From positions 1-29,348 of IMG/VR virus record IMGVR_UViG_3300037566_000056: DNA of 29,348 nt; one strand, given 5' to 3'. The notes below the pieces were generated by a model. The model was not told where the DNA came from. It saw only the letters and a program-made list of their open reading frames with translations, and ran no database searches. This document shows, in pieces, positions 9,235-16,938 of this stretch; the first letter of the stretch is position 1, and every line of letters begins with the position of its first letter. Both the position numbers and the translations under genes were made by a program. The DNA is from a virus (taxonomy: Duplodnaviria > Caudoviricetes).

Positions 9235-9435
9235 TCACTTCACAATCCTTAATTTAGGTTTTTCTTTGACTTCAACAGATTGTTTAGGTTGATCTGTTGA
9301 CCAACTTTCAATCATGTAGTTTGCTAACAACGCCAATCCAATTTTGTCTAAATAATATCCATCTATTCCAAATCCAATTCCGGTTAAACATAAGACAAAT
9401 CCTGATAAACATACGTGCTTAAAACAAATTGACAT
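9235..9435 (-). CDS. Small membrane protein (66 aa)
   Basis: Hydrophobic N-terminal half and charged tail; GAGG/AGGA upstream. Confidence 0.6.
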   Translation of the reverse strand: MSICFKHVCLSGFVLCLTGIGFGIDGYYLDKIGLALLANYMIESWSTDQPKQSVEVKEKPKLRIVK

Positions 9436-9437
9436 TC

Positions 9438-9584
9438 CTACGCCTCATAAGGTACGCCCATGCTGACGTCTTCGATCTCTGGGATATCGTTCAATACGTC
9501 TTCGATGTTTTTAAGAGAGTTAGCTGCTTCCTCATCTGTTTGTTCGCACAATATAACTGTGATTGTTACTTCTGTTTTGTTCAT
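9438..9584 (-). CDS. Small acidic protein (48 aa, MNKTEVTITVILCEQ...)
   Basis: Start revised from the track's 9647: GGAG RBS, and the ATG overlaps the upstream TGA (ATGA). Confidence 0.6.
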   Translation of the reverse strand: MNKTEVTITVILCEQTDEEAANSLKNIEDVLNDIPEIEDVSMGVPYEA

Positions 9585-9688
9585 AATACGCTCCATAGTG
9601 TTAGAAGGTATCCGCCAAAGCAAATACCACTTAAAAATAAAATGCACGCAGATTGGACTACACTAGCCCGTGTATCAAACACATTCAT
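9581..9688 (-). CDS. 35-aa membrane peptide MNVFDTRASVVQSACILFLSGICFGGYLLTLWSVL
   Basis: Not in the track. AGGAGAG RBS and ATGA overlap with the next gene. Confidence 0.55.
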   Translation of the reverse strand: MNVFDTRASVVQSACILFLSGICFGGYLLTLWSVL

Positions 9689-9691
9689 TTC

Positions 9692-9865
9692 TTACTCTCC
9701 TAAAATAAATAAGTCAAACAAATACCAACTCGTTAAAATTAAGAAACTACTGGTACCAAACTCTGAGAGATTATAACCTGGAGTTTCTACCAAAGCTGAT
9801 ATAGTACACCCACCTACCCAAGATAGCAATAAATATGTCTTTAAGATATTGATTAATGTTTTCAT
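9692..9865 (-). CDS. 57-aa membrane protein MKTLINILKTYLLLSWVGGCTISALVE...
   Basis: Not in the track. ATGA overlap with the GNAT stop, GAGG RBS and two hydrophobic segments. Confidence 0.6.
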   Translation of the reverse strand: MKTLINILKTYLLLSWVGGCTISALVETPGYNLSEFGTSSFLILTSWYLFDLFILGE

Positions 9866-10299
9866 ACCAACCTCTTTCCTAAAACGTATTCGTGTTTGCC
9901 TACTTCTTCGTGATCTCTCATCAGGCCTTCAATAAGAAAACCAGCTTTAAGCCTGGCCATAATTTGAGCATAATTATCAGTGTACACTTCGCATTTAGCT
10001 TTTTCTACTCCGAGATACATTAGCTCTTTTTCAAGAAGAGTCCACATAGTTTTACCGATACCCTTTCCTCTGAGTTTTTCAGTAATAACGGTGCCGTGCA
10101 GTTTCATCAGCTTAGAGTTGATAGGTGTCACTGCGGTGACACCAACTATAGCATCAAATTTAGTTATTGCATAGTAATCTGTGCCGGGTCTTGGGTGCTG
10201 ATCGACGTTAAAAAGGCCAGGTGCGTTATTAGCAGTATAAAATCTTTTTAAAGCTCTTACTTCATTTGAACTAGCAAGATTGATTCTTTGAAGTTTCAT
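9862..10299 (-). CDS. GNAT-family acetyltransferase
   Basis: Acetyl-CoA motif A VITEKLRGKGIG, followed by V...N..........AGF..EG.MRDH. AGGAG RBS. Confidence 0.85.
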   Translation of the reverse strand: MKLQRINLASSNEVRALKRFYTANNAPGLFNVDQHPRPGTDYYAITKFDAIVGVTAVTPINSKLMKLHGTVITEKLRGKGIGKTMWTLLEKELMYLGVEKAKCEVYTDNYAQIMARLKAGFLIEGLMRDHEEVGKHEYVLGKRLV

Positions 10300-10403
10300 T
10301 TAATAGCAACTCCTGTGTAGTATGCGCCGTTTGGAGTTTTAATCGTTTTTTGAGGGTAAACTATCCATTTTCCTTTGACAAAGAACTTGTATAAAGTCGT
10401 CAT
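10296..10403 (-). CDS. 35-aa peptide MTTLYKFFVKGKWIVYPQKTIKTPNGAYYTGVAIK
   Basis: Not in the track. ATGA overlaps at both ends. Confidence 0.55.
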   Translation of the reverse strand: MTTLYKFFVKGKWIVYPQKTIKTPNGAYYTGVAIK

Positions 10404-10474
10404 TTAAACATTCCCCAAAATATCACGCAAATAATCACTGTGCAACAAATAGTTTCAACCATTTCATTAGTCAT
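10400..10474 (-). CDS. 24-aa membrane peptide MTNEMVETICCTVIICVIFWGMFK
   Basis: Not in the track. GAGG RBS and ATGA overlaps at both ends. Confidence 0.5.
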   Translation of the reverse strand: MTNEMVETICCTVIICVIFWGMFK

Positions 10475-11018
10475 TTTACTGCTTCCTCGAATAAGAATTT
10501 AATCTGACTTAGTGCATCATCTAATGCATTGTGGTCCACTCCTTCTTTAGTAACTTTTTTATTGTCACAAAGAAAACGTTTATATGTTCTAAAGTCCATT
10601 ACGTTGTAAAACAACCAAGGACAATCTACGTTATAATCTCTAAAGATAGACTCCAGTAAAGTGATGTCGAAAGATGAACCATTGCCCCATGGAAAACATT
10701 TCTTAGTTGCTTAGAGCCTTTACTGGCTCCTGCTGTCTGGAGAATCCAGTTAGCAAATAGTTGTAGAACTTCTTTACTTGGTCTGGCATCATCTTTAAAT
10801 ACCTTTCTAGCAGCTCCACTTTGGCCCATCCACCACTTTATAGTGGCAGCACTAGCAAAACGCTTTTTAGAATCAATTTGATCTGCCACATCAAGAGTTG
10901 CGTAAAAGGTCTTTCCAATAGTTTTTGTTTCTAGATCAAACCACGCAGCGCCGATTGAAATAATAGGTGCGTCTGGTTCAGTTCCAAGCGTTTCAAGGTC
11001 AATCATAAGATCTTTCAA
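10471..11018 (-). pseudogene. DEDDh 3'-5' exonuclease (Rv2179c/ExoVIII-like family) split by a -1 frameshift near 10690-10713
   Basis: The first frame carries MIDLETLG...IISIGA...TIKWW. The -1 frame continues KCFPWGNGSSFDITLL...PW.FYNVMDFRT...HNALDDA to a stop at 10471. The 548-nt span is one base short of a 182-aa gene. Confidence 0.85.
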
Positions 11019-11019
11019 A

Positions 11020-11274
11020 TTATTCTCCTTCAGGAATTACTACATTAGATTCGTAGTGTTCTAGTGCGTCTTTGTGGGATTTTTCTACGCGCTTCAACGC
11101 TTCTTCTGTAAGCTGAGCATTCAATTGTGCTAGCAAATTGCGCGCTGCATCTGGATCAGTGTTTGCCAATAACTCAAATAACTGAGTGATCCCTTTTGCT
11201 ATTCCGTCGGTTTGTTCTTCTGATTTTTTAGCTACAAGTATGCCTTGTGCAATAGCGCCTTTTAAATTAGACAT
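11020..11274 (-). CDS. Hypothetical helical protein (84 aa)
   Basis: GGAG RBS; overlaps the upstream stop. Confidence 0.7.
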   Translation of the reverse strand: MSNLKGAIAQGILVAKKSEEQTDGIAKGITQLFELLANTDPDAARNLLAQLNAQLTEEALKRVEKSHKDALEHYESNVVIPEGE

Positions 11275-11467
11275 GGTTATTCTCCGGTTTGCGGTTTCTT
11301 AGTCTGTGATAAATTTCATTTCTGGTTTCTACTAGTTCCACAGTCTCTGGCACGAGCCCTCTGAAAACATCATACACGTCTTGAGGCAGGTGGTAATATT
11401 GTCTAGAAAACTCAATGGCAGTTTTAAGATCCTCTACCTGTTTTTCTAATTCTTTATTTATCTTCAT
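11267..11467 (-). CDS. Hypothetical protein (66 aa)
   Basis: AAGGAG RBS; overlaps its neighbours. Confidence 0.7.
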   Translation of the reverse strand: MKINKELEKQVEDLKTAIEFSRQYYHLPQDVYDVFRGLVPETVELVETRNEIYHRLRNRKPENNHV

Positions 11468-11657
11468 GAATCTCCTTACAAAACTTAGAAGCTAGTTCAG
11501 GTTTAGCTTTGTATAAAACTAGTAATTTATAACACTTAATTATGCTCTCTCTTTTGCTAATAGGTTTATATTTAGTTTTAGGCCCATTTCCAGTAAACTG
11601 AGTCCTTGTGGCGCAAGACGTTAATAGAAGTAAAAGTAAAACTAATAGCCTAACCAT
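11454..11657 (-). CDS. Small lipoprotein (67 aa)
   Basis: Signal peptide MVRLLVLLLLLLTS-C with a lipobox-like LTSC. Confidence 0.7.
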   Translation of the reverse strand: MVRLLVLLLLLLTSCATRTQFTGNGPKTKYKPISKRESIIKCYKLLVLYKAKPELASKFCKEIHEDK

Positions 11658-12060
11658 TATTATCCCTTTCAGCGTATGGGCAATCTTTTCCAGTTCTATT
11701 GCCGTGAATATCGTAGTATCCGTGTTGACCTAAAACTTTAGAAGGATCTGCTATATCGTCAATATAATAAGTCAGTTTGCCACCTACGGTATTTACGAGA
11801 TCATCAATACCTAAAGAGTTCACCACAGCCTCTGCCCAATCAGATCCGCCTTTGGACCATACGATGATAGCGTGGCCAGACTTTGCCATATTCTTCAGAA
11901 GGTTAAGATTGTATTTGTTTACATATTTTCGCTGAACTAAGCCTCTACACTCAATAGTAACTAGATCTTCTTCTTTAGCGTTTTCTGGAATCTCCCACAT
12001 CACAAGGGTGTCGTCCACATCGAACGCGGCTACAGGCCCAGCTGGTATTTTGTGGTACAT
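11650..12060 (-). CDS. Minimal HAD-superfamily phosphatase
   Basis: Motif I FDVDDTL, motif II IIVWS and motifs III/IV K..YYIDD. Confidence 0.8.
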   Translation of the reverse strand: MYHKIPAGPVAAFDVDDTLVMWEIPENAKEEDLVTIECRGLVQRKYVNKYNLNLLKNMAKSGHAIIVWSKGGSDWAEAVVNSLGIDDLVNTVGGKLTYYIDDIADPSKVLGQHGYYDIHGNRTGKDCPYAERDNNG

Positions 12061-12428
12061 TACTTGGCCTTTTTCTTAGTGGTACGTTTAGAAACCTTTT
12101 TAGTAGCTTTTTTGGCTACTTTCTTTTTGGTAGTTTTCTTTTTGACCGGAATCTTAGAGGCTAGCTCTAAAACTCTATTTTCCATAGCCAATTGATTTTT
12201 GTAGAGCTCTGTGATCTTGGTATAAATCTCTGAGTGCTCAGATCTTCTATTTTGCATAGCTTGTTCTAATTTATCTATTTGATTTTTAAGATTAGCTGCC
12301 TCAACCGCTCTTTTGTTGGCTATGTTTCTAGAAACATCAAGTTGGTTGTTTATATCTTTTACTTTGGTCTTGTTGATTAAAGATTGCACTAGTGCTGCGC
12401 ACAAAGCAAATATTGAAATTACTTCCAT
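12060..12428 (-). CDS. Membrane-anchored coiled-coil protein with a Lys-rich, histone H1-like tail (122 aa)
   Basis: Start revised to the ATG at 12428 (GGAGG RBS). Hydrophobic N-terminus, heptad region and tail KKKTTKKKVAKKATKKVSKRTTKKKAK. Confidence 0.7.
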   Translation of the reverse strand: MEVISIFALCAALVQSLINKTKVKDINNQLDVSRNIANKRAVEAANLKNQIDKLEQAMQNRRSEHSEIYTKITELYKNQLAMENRVLELASKIPVKKKTTKKKVAKKATKKVSKRTTKKKAK

Positions 12429-12637
12429 AAGTCCTCCAAAGCTGCTACGCAAGTGGCAGCTAATATTGTTAATTGAGTTTTGTTATCTTTTGCTGACTTT
12501 ATTTCAGCAACAATCTTATCTAAACATACACCATCAAAATTAGATTGTAAACCTAGCTTAGATCTTTCTTTTAAAATATCTTTAATTACTTGATCTCTGA
12601 TGGCCTTTTTATTAGCGGCTTGCATGTGTAATAGCAT
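12419..12637 (-). CDS. Hypothetical protein (72 aa)
   Basis: TAATG coupling to the endolysin stop. Confidence 0.6.
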   Translation of the reverse strand: MLLHMQAANKKAIRDQVIKDILKERSKLGLQSNFDGVCLDKIVAEIKSAKDNKTQLTILAATCVAALEDLWK

Positions 12638-13029
12638 TAGTCGATTAGTTCTAAATGAGGAAGGTCGTGGAAAGTTTGATCATCATTTTTAAGATCATTA
12701 TCCCAATCTCCTCCATATTTTAAGTGAATACCCATAGCCAGGCCGATACCGATAATACGATTAGCAACAGCGTGAAACCGGTAAGTGTTGTTCCAATCAA
12801 TTGGCCATGGCGCAATGTCAACCGCCTTGCTTGGAGATTGATTATGTTTGCTTCTTGGGTATTTAAGCTTTGATTTTCCTTGCTCATAATAACTGTCCTG
12901 CAATTGTTGACCTCTGTGGCCTTCTAATATAGTGAAATCAAAATGCCTAATAGCCTCGTTCAACACTTTTTGAATATCAGGGTGACACGTGGATAATTTG
13001 TCTCTTGATTTCTTACTAAACTTAGGCAT
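12637..13029 (-). CDS. Endolysin, peptidase M15 (L-alanyl-D-glutamate peptidase-like)
   Basis: FSKKS..KL..CHPDI, EGHR, SKHN..PSKAVDI and YGGDW...F.DLPHLEL Zn-ligand motifs. Start placed at MPKF (AAGGA RBS). Confidence 0.9.
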   Translation of the reverse strand: MPKFSKKSRDKLSTCHPDIQKVLNEAIRHFDFTILEGHRGQQLQDSYYEQGKSKLKYPRSKHNQSPSKAVDIAPWPIDWNNTYRFHAVANRIIGIGLAMGIHLKYGGDWDNDLKNDDQTFHDLPHLELID

Positions 13030-13372
13030 TGTTTGTTCCTTCAACGCATCTAGCTTCTCTGTCTTTAGTTCTTTCTTCTTGCCACATGATAGCTTCTTGG
13101 AGTTTTGTGATAGTCATGGCGTTTTCTTTACAAGGAAATTTGGCGTTTAGCCCTTTAAAGATATGAGCGCATACTTTTAGAATGTCTGTAACTTGGCAAC
13201 CGTTGACTCCATTTTCTTTAATTGGGCCATTTTGAATTTGAAAATGTAATCTATTATTTTTAGTATCTACAACTACGTGAGTTTCTATGGATTCTCCTCG
13301 AACTGACTTATTGTAGGTTTTTATTTCAAGTCCATCAATATGAGTTACGTCTTTTAAGGTTTCAAGTGCCAT
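13022..13372 (-). CDS. tad1: Tad1-family (Acb2/Tad1 fold) anti-defence signalling-nucleotide sponge
   Basis: FQIQNGPIKENGVNG...FPCKENAMTITKLQEAIMWQEERTKDREARCVEGT matches the Tad1 consensus FQ.GPIKE.GVNG...CRENA.AITK.EEAL.WL..RT..R..RGVEGT. Confidence 0.85.
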   Translation of the reverse strand: MALETLKDVTHIDGLEIKTYNKSVRGESIETHVVVDTKNNRLHFQIQNGPIKENGVNGCQVTDILKVCAHIFKGLNAKFPCKENAMTITKLQEAIMWQEERTKDREARCVEGTNNA

Positions 13373-13953
13373 TACTGCTCCGTTTTATTTAGTATGTTGT
13401 ATTTTTTAATGATCTCTGAAGTATCTTCAAGAGAGTTTAATCTAGCTTTGATATAAGTTTGAAACGTAGGATCAACTATCGATAGTTCTTTTAGCTCATT
13501 CAGAATATCTTGTTTTCCCATTAACTTGCCCATTTCAAATGAGTCACTAACGCTGACATCTAGTATGCTTGGTTTTTTATCATAGTCTAAAGTGGAAGCT
13601 TTGATTTTGGCATCTGAAAATAGATCCGAATTCAGTCGCTGAAACGCTTCTAATTGTAGTTTAGCAAGTCTTCTAATATTAGGATCTGCATATCCAGAAA
13701 AGGCGTATTTAAAATGACGCCTCCAGTTTTTGATGGACATGGTCGTTGTTTTCGGTGTAAGATTTAAACAACGCGCAATGTTTGGTAAAGTTTGGTCACC
13801 TTCAAAATCAGATATAACAGAAGCCACATTGTTTATTTCATTTTCTATTTTTTGCTTCAAAGCTTTTAATAATAGACTACTATTAGGAATAGGATCCACA
13901 GTGATGGATGCGATGCTTAGCTGGTGGTCTATTAAAATATCGGTTACAATCAT
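13372..13953 (-). CDS. Hypothetical protein containing a degenerate ThyX-like C-terminal segment
   Basis: AR...TTMSIKNWRRHF...ADPNIRRLA...LFSD resembles ThyX AR..LP....T.N.R.WRHF..R....AD.EIRRLA.......P.LF.D. The RHRx7S motif is absent. Confidence 0.5.
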   Translation of the reverse strand: MIVTDILIDHQLSIASITVDPIPNSSLLLKALKQKIENEINNVASVISDFEGDQTLPNIARCLNLTPKTTTMSIKNWRRHFKYAFSGYADPNIRRLAKLQLEAFQRLNSDLFSDAKIKASTLDYDKKPSILDVSVSDSFEMGKLMGKQDILNELKELSIVDPTFQTYIKARLNSLEDTSEIIKKYNILNKTEQ

Positions 13954-14435
13954 TAGAACTTCCTAAAGTATCTTAGTTTATCTTTTTGAGCAGCTCGATC
14001 CTCTTTAGCATTAGGATGGTGAGCTTCAAAGATGGCGTAAGGAGAATGGTACGTCACGGGTACCAGAGGCTCATATTCTTTCGCAGCTATTTCTTCTTGA
14101 GCATTAGCTGATAATTCGTGGTAGAACTGAGAATACGCTTCCATTCCTGCATAAAAATTTTTGTTGTCATCTACATAAAAGTCCTGCGCAATCCCAATTG
14201 CGTGTTCAGTAGACTTTTTAATGAAATCTAAAATCTGAAATGCGTCAGTCTTTAGAGTCTCCACATGAAATGCGATAGCTATTAGGTTTGTGGATTCGTC
14301 ACAAATCAACCTAGCCATGGTCATCTCTTCGGCGTAAATCAGATCTACAACGCCCTCGCGGATTATGTCTTTGGTGAGTCCAAACTGAGTGCACAGCGAA
14401 TCTTGTAATTTGTTGAATTGTTCTCTAAGTGTCAT
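13953..14435 (-). CDS. Hypothetical protein (160 aa)
   Basis: Translationally coupled at both ends. Confidence 0.7.
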   Translation of the reverse strand: MTLREQFNKLQDSLCTQFGLTKDIIREGVVDLIYAEEMTMARLICDESTNLIAIAFHVETLKTDAFQILDFIKKSTEHAIGIAQDFYVDDNKNFYAGMEAYSQFYHELSANAQEEIAAKEYEPLVPVTYHSPYAIFEAHHPNAKEDRAAQKDKLRYFRKF

Positions 14436-14623
14436 AGTAGATTCTTTAGCCTATCGATGAGGTCATCTTTATCTTCGCAGACTTCTGTAAAATCAGCATC
14501 TCCAAATACATTTAATACATATCCGTTTTCGACAACTACAATACCTACTGACTCAGTAGTGAATCCAGGACCGTCTCCATCGCTGTCTTTTGGTTCTATC
14601 GGGAATTTAAGTGCTTCTGTCAT
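14432..14623 (-). CDS. Small acidic hypothetical protein (63 aa)
   Basis: Overlaps its neighbours in the operon. Confidence 0.65.
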   Translation of the reverse strand: MTEALKFPIEPKDSDGDGPGFTTESVGIVVVENGYVLNVFGDADFTEVCEDKDDLIDRLKNLL

Positions 14624-14840
14624 TTTTCAAACTCTCTTTAAATTTTCTCATAAACTCTTTTCTAAACTCACTATCTGTAAGAGGCGTTTGGTTCTTTCGC
14701 TCTCTTATAGGTTTTTTAATATGAATCAGTTCGTCTTCTAAAAACTTGATTCTTTTAAGGAGCTTTCTCCTTTCAGCTCTTAGACGTCGGTTAGCTTCTT
14801 TTAGTTTACCTTTTTCGTCTTTAGGAAAAGTTTTTCTCAA
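14607..14840 (-). CDS. Small basic coiled-coil protein (77 aa)
   Basis: TTG start overlapping the HNH stop (TTGA); K/R-rich. Confidence 0.6.
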   Translation of the reverse strand: MRKTFPKDEKGKLKEANRRLRAERRKLLKRIKFLEDELIHIKKPIRERKNQTPLTDSEFRKEFMRKFKESLKNDRST

Positions 14841-15436
14841 TATTTAGCACCTTTGGTTAGATTTTCTATGGCCCACAAAGGTTGTAAATTTTTATAATTG
14901 AATGCGGATTTGAGCTCATTTTCGTCAGTTAAGTCAAAACTAGATATCGGTTTTATATGATCGATGTGCCACTCTCCGTGGTTGTCCCACGTCATACCAG
15001 GTTTAAATAGAGATTCTAAATAGTCTTTGCATTCTTGCACCGAACAACCTAGATATTTCTTCCAAGAGCCCTTCTTATAATTGCATGAAATGGCTCTTTT
15101 TACGCGCCCTCGTATATTAGAAGCTAATTTATTTACTGGATTTTTCATGTAAGTTTCTCTGTATTTTCTTTTTTTCTTGGCTATGCTATCTTTATGTTTC
15201 AGTCTCCAGGCTTTTCTGTACTTTTTAATTTTTTCTTTATTCGCGTCCCTGTATGTCTTTTTCTGTTTTAATATTTTTTGATAGTTGTCTTGTTTATACT
15301 GGTCTTGTTGAGCTCTAATGCGTTTTTTATTTTTTTGATAATGGGATTTTTGGTATTCTAATTTACAACTTCGACACCACGACCCTGGATATTTACTAAC
15401 ATCAAACACTGTTCCACATCTTGTACATATCTTCAT
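14837..15436 (-). CDS. Free-standing HNH (homing-type) endonuclease with an N-terminal Zn finger
   Basis: CTRC...CRSC, a long basic helix, then GMTWDNHGEWHIDHIKP...NLQPLWAIENLTK. Confidence 0.85.
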   Translation of the reverse strand: MKICTRCGTVFDVSKYPGSWCRSCKLEYQKSHYQKNKKRIRAQQDQYKQDNYQKILKQKKTYRDANKEKIKKYRKAWRLKHKDSIAKKKRKYRETYMKNPVNKLASNIRGRVKRAISCNYKKGSWKKYLGCSVQECKDYLESLFKPGMTWDNHGEWHIDHIKPISSFDLTDENELKSAFNYKNLQPLWAIENLTKGAKY

Positions 15437-16932
15437 AATATTTTAGGCTCGAAATTCCTTTTTAGTGTTTCTATTGTAGACGCAAAATGTTTAGATAAAA
15501 ACTTAGTACCAATAAAGTTAAAATCATGACGATACGCCATAGTCTTACCTTTAAATAATCTTACTGCTCTGCCGGTAGATTGTACAACATTTATTGGCGA
15601 TTTTCCACCTTGGCAGTTAATCAAATGGTCGGTACTTCGGACGTCTATCCCCTCTGATATTACGGTAGATCCTACCATGATTCTAATCTTTAGATCATTA
15701 AAATCTGAGATTGTATCGGTAATGACTTGCTTATCGTCATCTCCAGAAATATAGCTATTCGCTATTCCTAGAGCATTTAAGTATTCATGGATGATCTTTC
15801 CAGACTTATCTTTTTTGTTTACCAGAATCAATATCTGCTCTGTTTGGTAATTAGTGCAAATAGACCTGACTTCTTCTAATAGATCTTGATTGCCGCAATA
15901 GTTCTCATCGTATTCTTTTTGGTACTTCATTTTTCTCTTACCGGCTAGGTTGTGAGTGATTACAGTAAGAGGTGTTAGATAACCTTCTTTAATAGCCTTC
16001 CATGCTGGATATGAGTAAAGTTTAGTACTTAAGAATCCCCATAGATCGAGAATCTTGTTATCGTTTCTTAAGAAGGTCCCTGTGAATCCGAATCTGTGAT
16101 AAATGTGACCAATCTCAGGAAGCAGATTAGTGTAGCTAGACGATCCTGCGTGGTGAAATTCGTCTAAAAACATAGCGTCTACATCGCCTATTAGAAGGCC
16201 CAGATCTCCTGATTTTTGAAGTGCAGCCAGACTCTGAATTGTAATAATTCTAATAGGTTGTAGGCTATCACCTCGTCTAACTTTTTGACTGTCAACCATT
16301 TGTACAGCTGAGGACCCAAACCATATTGTGAAGTCATTGTATATCTGCTGAAGAAGGCCTCTAGAAGGCACTACAACTAGAGTATTGACCGATAATTCTT
16401 TGATAACGTAGGCCATCATTAAAGACTTACCCGTGCCTACTGCTGACTCAACCACACCTCTGCCTTCGGATAGAGACAAATCAATTGCTTCTTTTTGATA
16501 ATATCTCGGTTCAAACGGTTTGTTATTCCAAGGAAGTATGGCATATGGCTTAGGTTTAATTCTTTGATCATTAATAGTATAGTTAGCTTTAACCGCGTCC
16601 AGGACGTCGCAAACAATGTTTTTAAGTCCTGTAGGAAACTGCCTATTCTGATACCAACAAACCCACTCGGAGTCTTTAAGAGCTTTCAGTTGGTCCTGGT
16701 AATCCTTCATTTGCTTCTTGGCTCTAGCCCTGGCGTCTTCTGAAGTTTCTGTCTTTTTCTTTTTAACACCAAATTTCTTTAGCATTTTCATCCTGTAAAA
16801 GATGTTAGCCTCTTCTGCTTTGATGTCATTTTGATAGGTCAGTATTTTCTCAACAGTCTGTTCTATATGTTGTGGAATTCCTTGAGAAATGGCGCAATAA
16901 GAATTGTGAATAGTCAAAGTAAAGTCACTCAT
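15433..16932 (-). CDS. Superfamily 2 DExH helicase (UvsW/XPB-like)
   Basis: Q motif PRYYQ, Walker A AVGTGKS, DEFHH, FTGT, SEGID and QSTGRAVR. Confidence 0.9.
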   Translation of the reverse strand: MSDFTLTIHNSYCAISQGIPQHIEQTVEKILTYQNDIKAEEANIFYRMKMLKKFGVKKKKTETSEDARARAKKQMKDYQDQLKALKDSEWVCWYQNRQFPTGLKNIVCDVLDAVKANYTINDQRIKPKPYAILPWNNKPFEPRYYQKEAIDLSLSEGRGVVESAVGTGKSLMMAYVIKELSVNTLVVVPSRGLLQQIYNDFTIWFGSSAVQMVDSQKVRRGDSLQPIRIITIQSLAALQKSGDLGLLIGDVDAMFLDEFHHAGSSSYTNLLPEIGHIYHRFGFTGTFLRNDNKILDLWGFLSTKLYSYPAWKAIKEGYLTPLTVITHNLAGKRKMKYQKEYDENYCGNQDLLEEVRSICTNYQTEQILILVNKKDKSGKIIHEYLNALGIANSYISGDDDKQVITDTISDFNDLKIRIMVGSTVISEGIDVRSTDHLINCQGGKSPINVVQSTGRAVRLFKGKTMAYRHDFNFIGTKFLSKHFASTIETLKRNFEPKIL

Positions 16933-16938
16933 ACATTA

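Noticed and set aside
9429-9776. Plus-strand ORFs over the mini-gene cluster, and other antisense track ORFs such as 3757-4125, 14418-14741 and 18384-18851
   Set aside because: They are shadows of better-supported genes on the opposite strand that have SDs, coupling or recognisable motifs.
9803-9808. Minus-strand TGTACT as another promoter copy
   Set aside because: It lies inside a coding region and has no -10-like hexamer at 16-18 nt.
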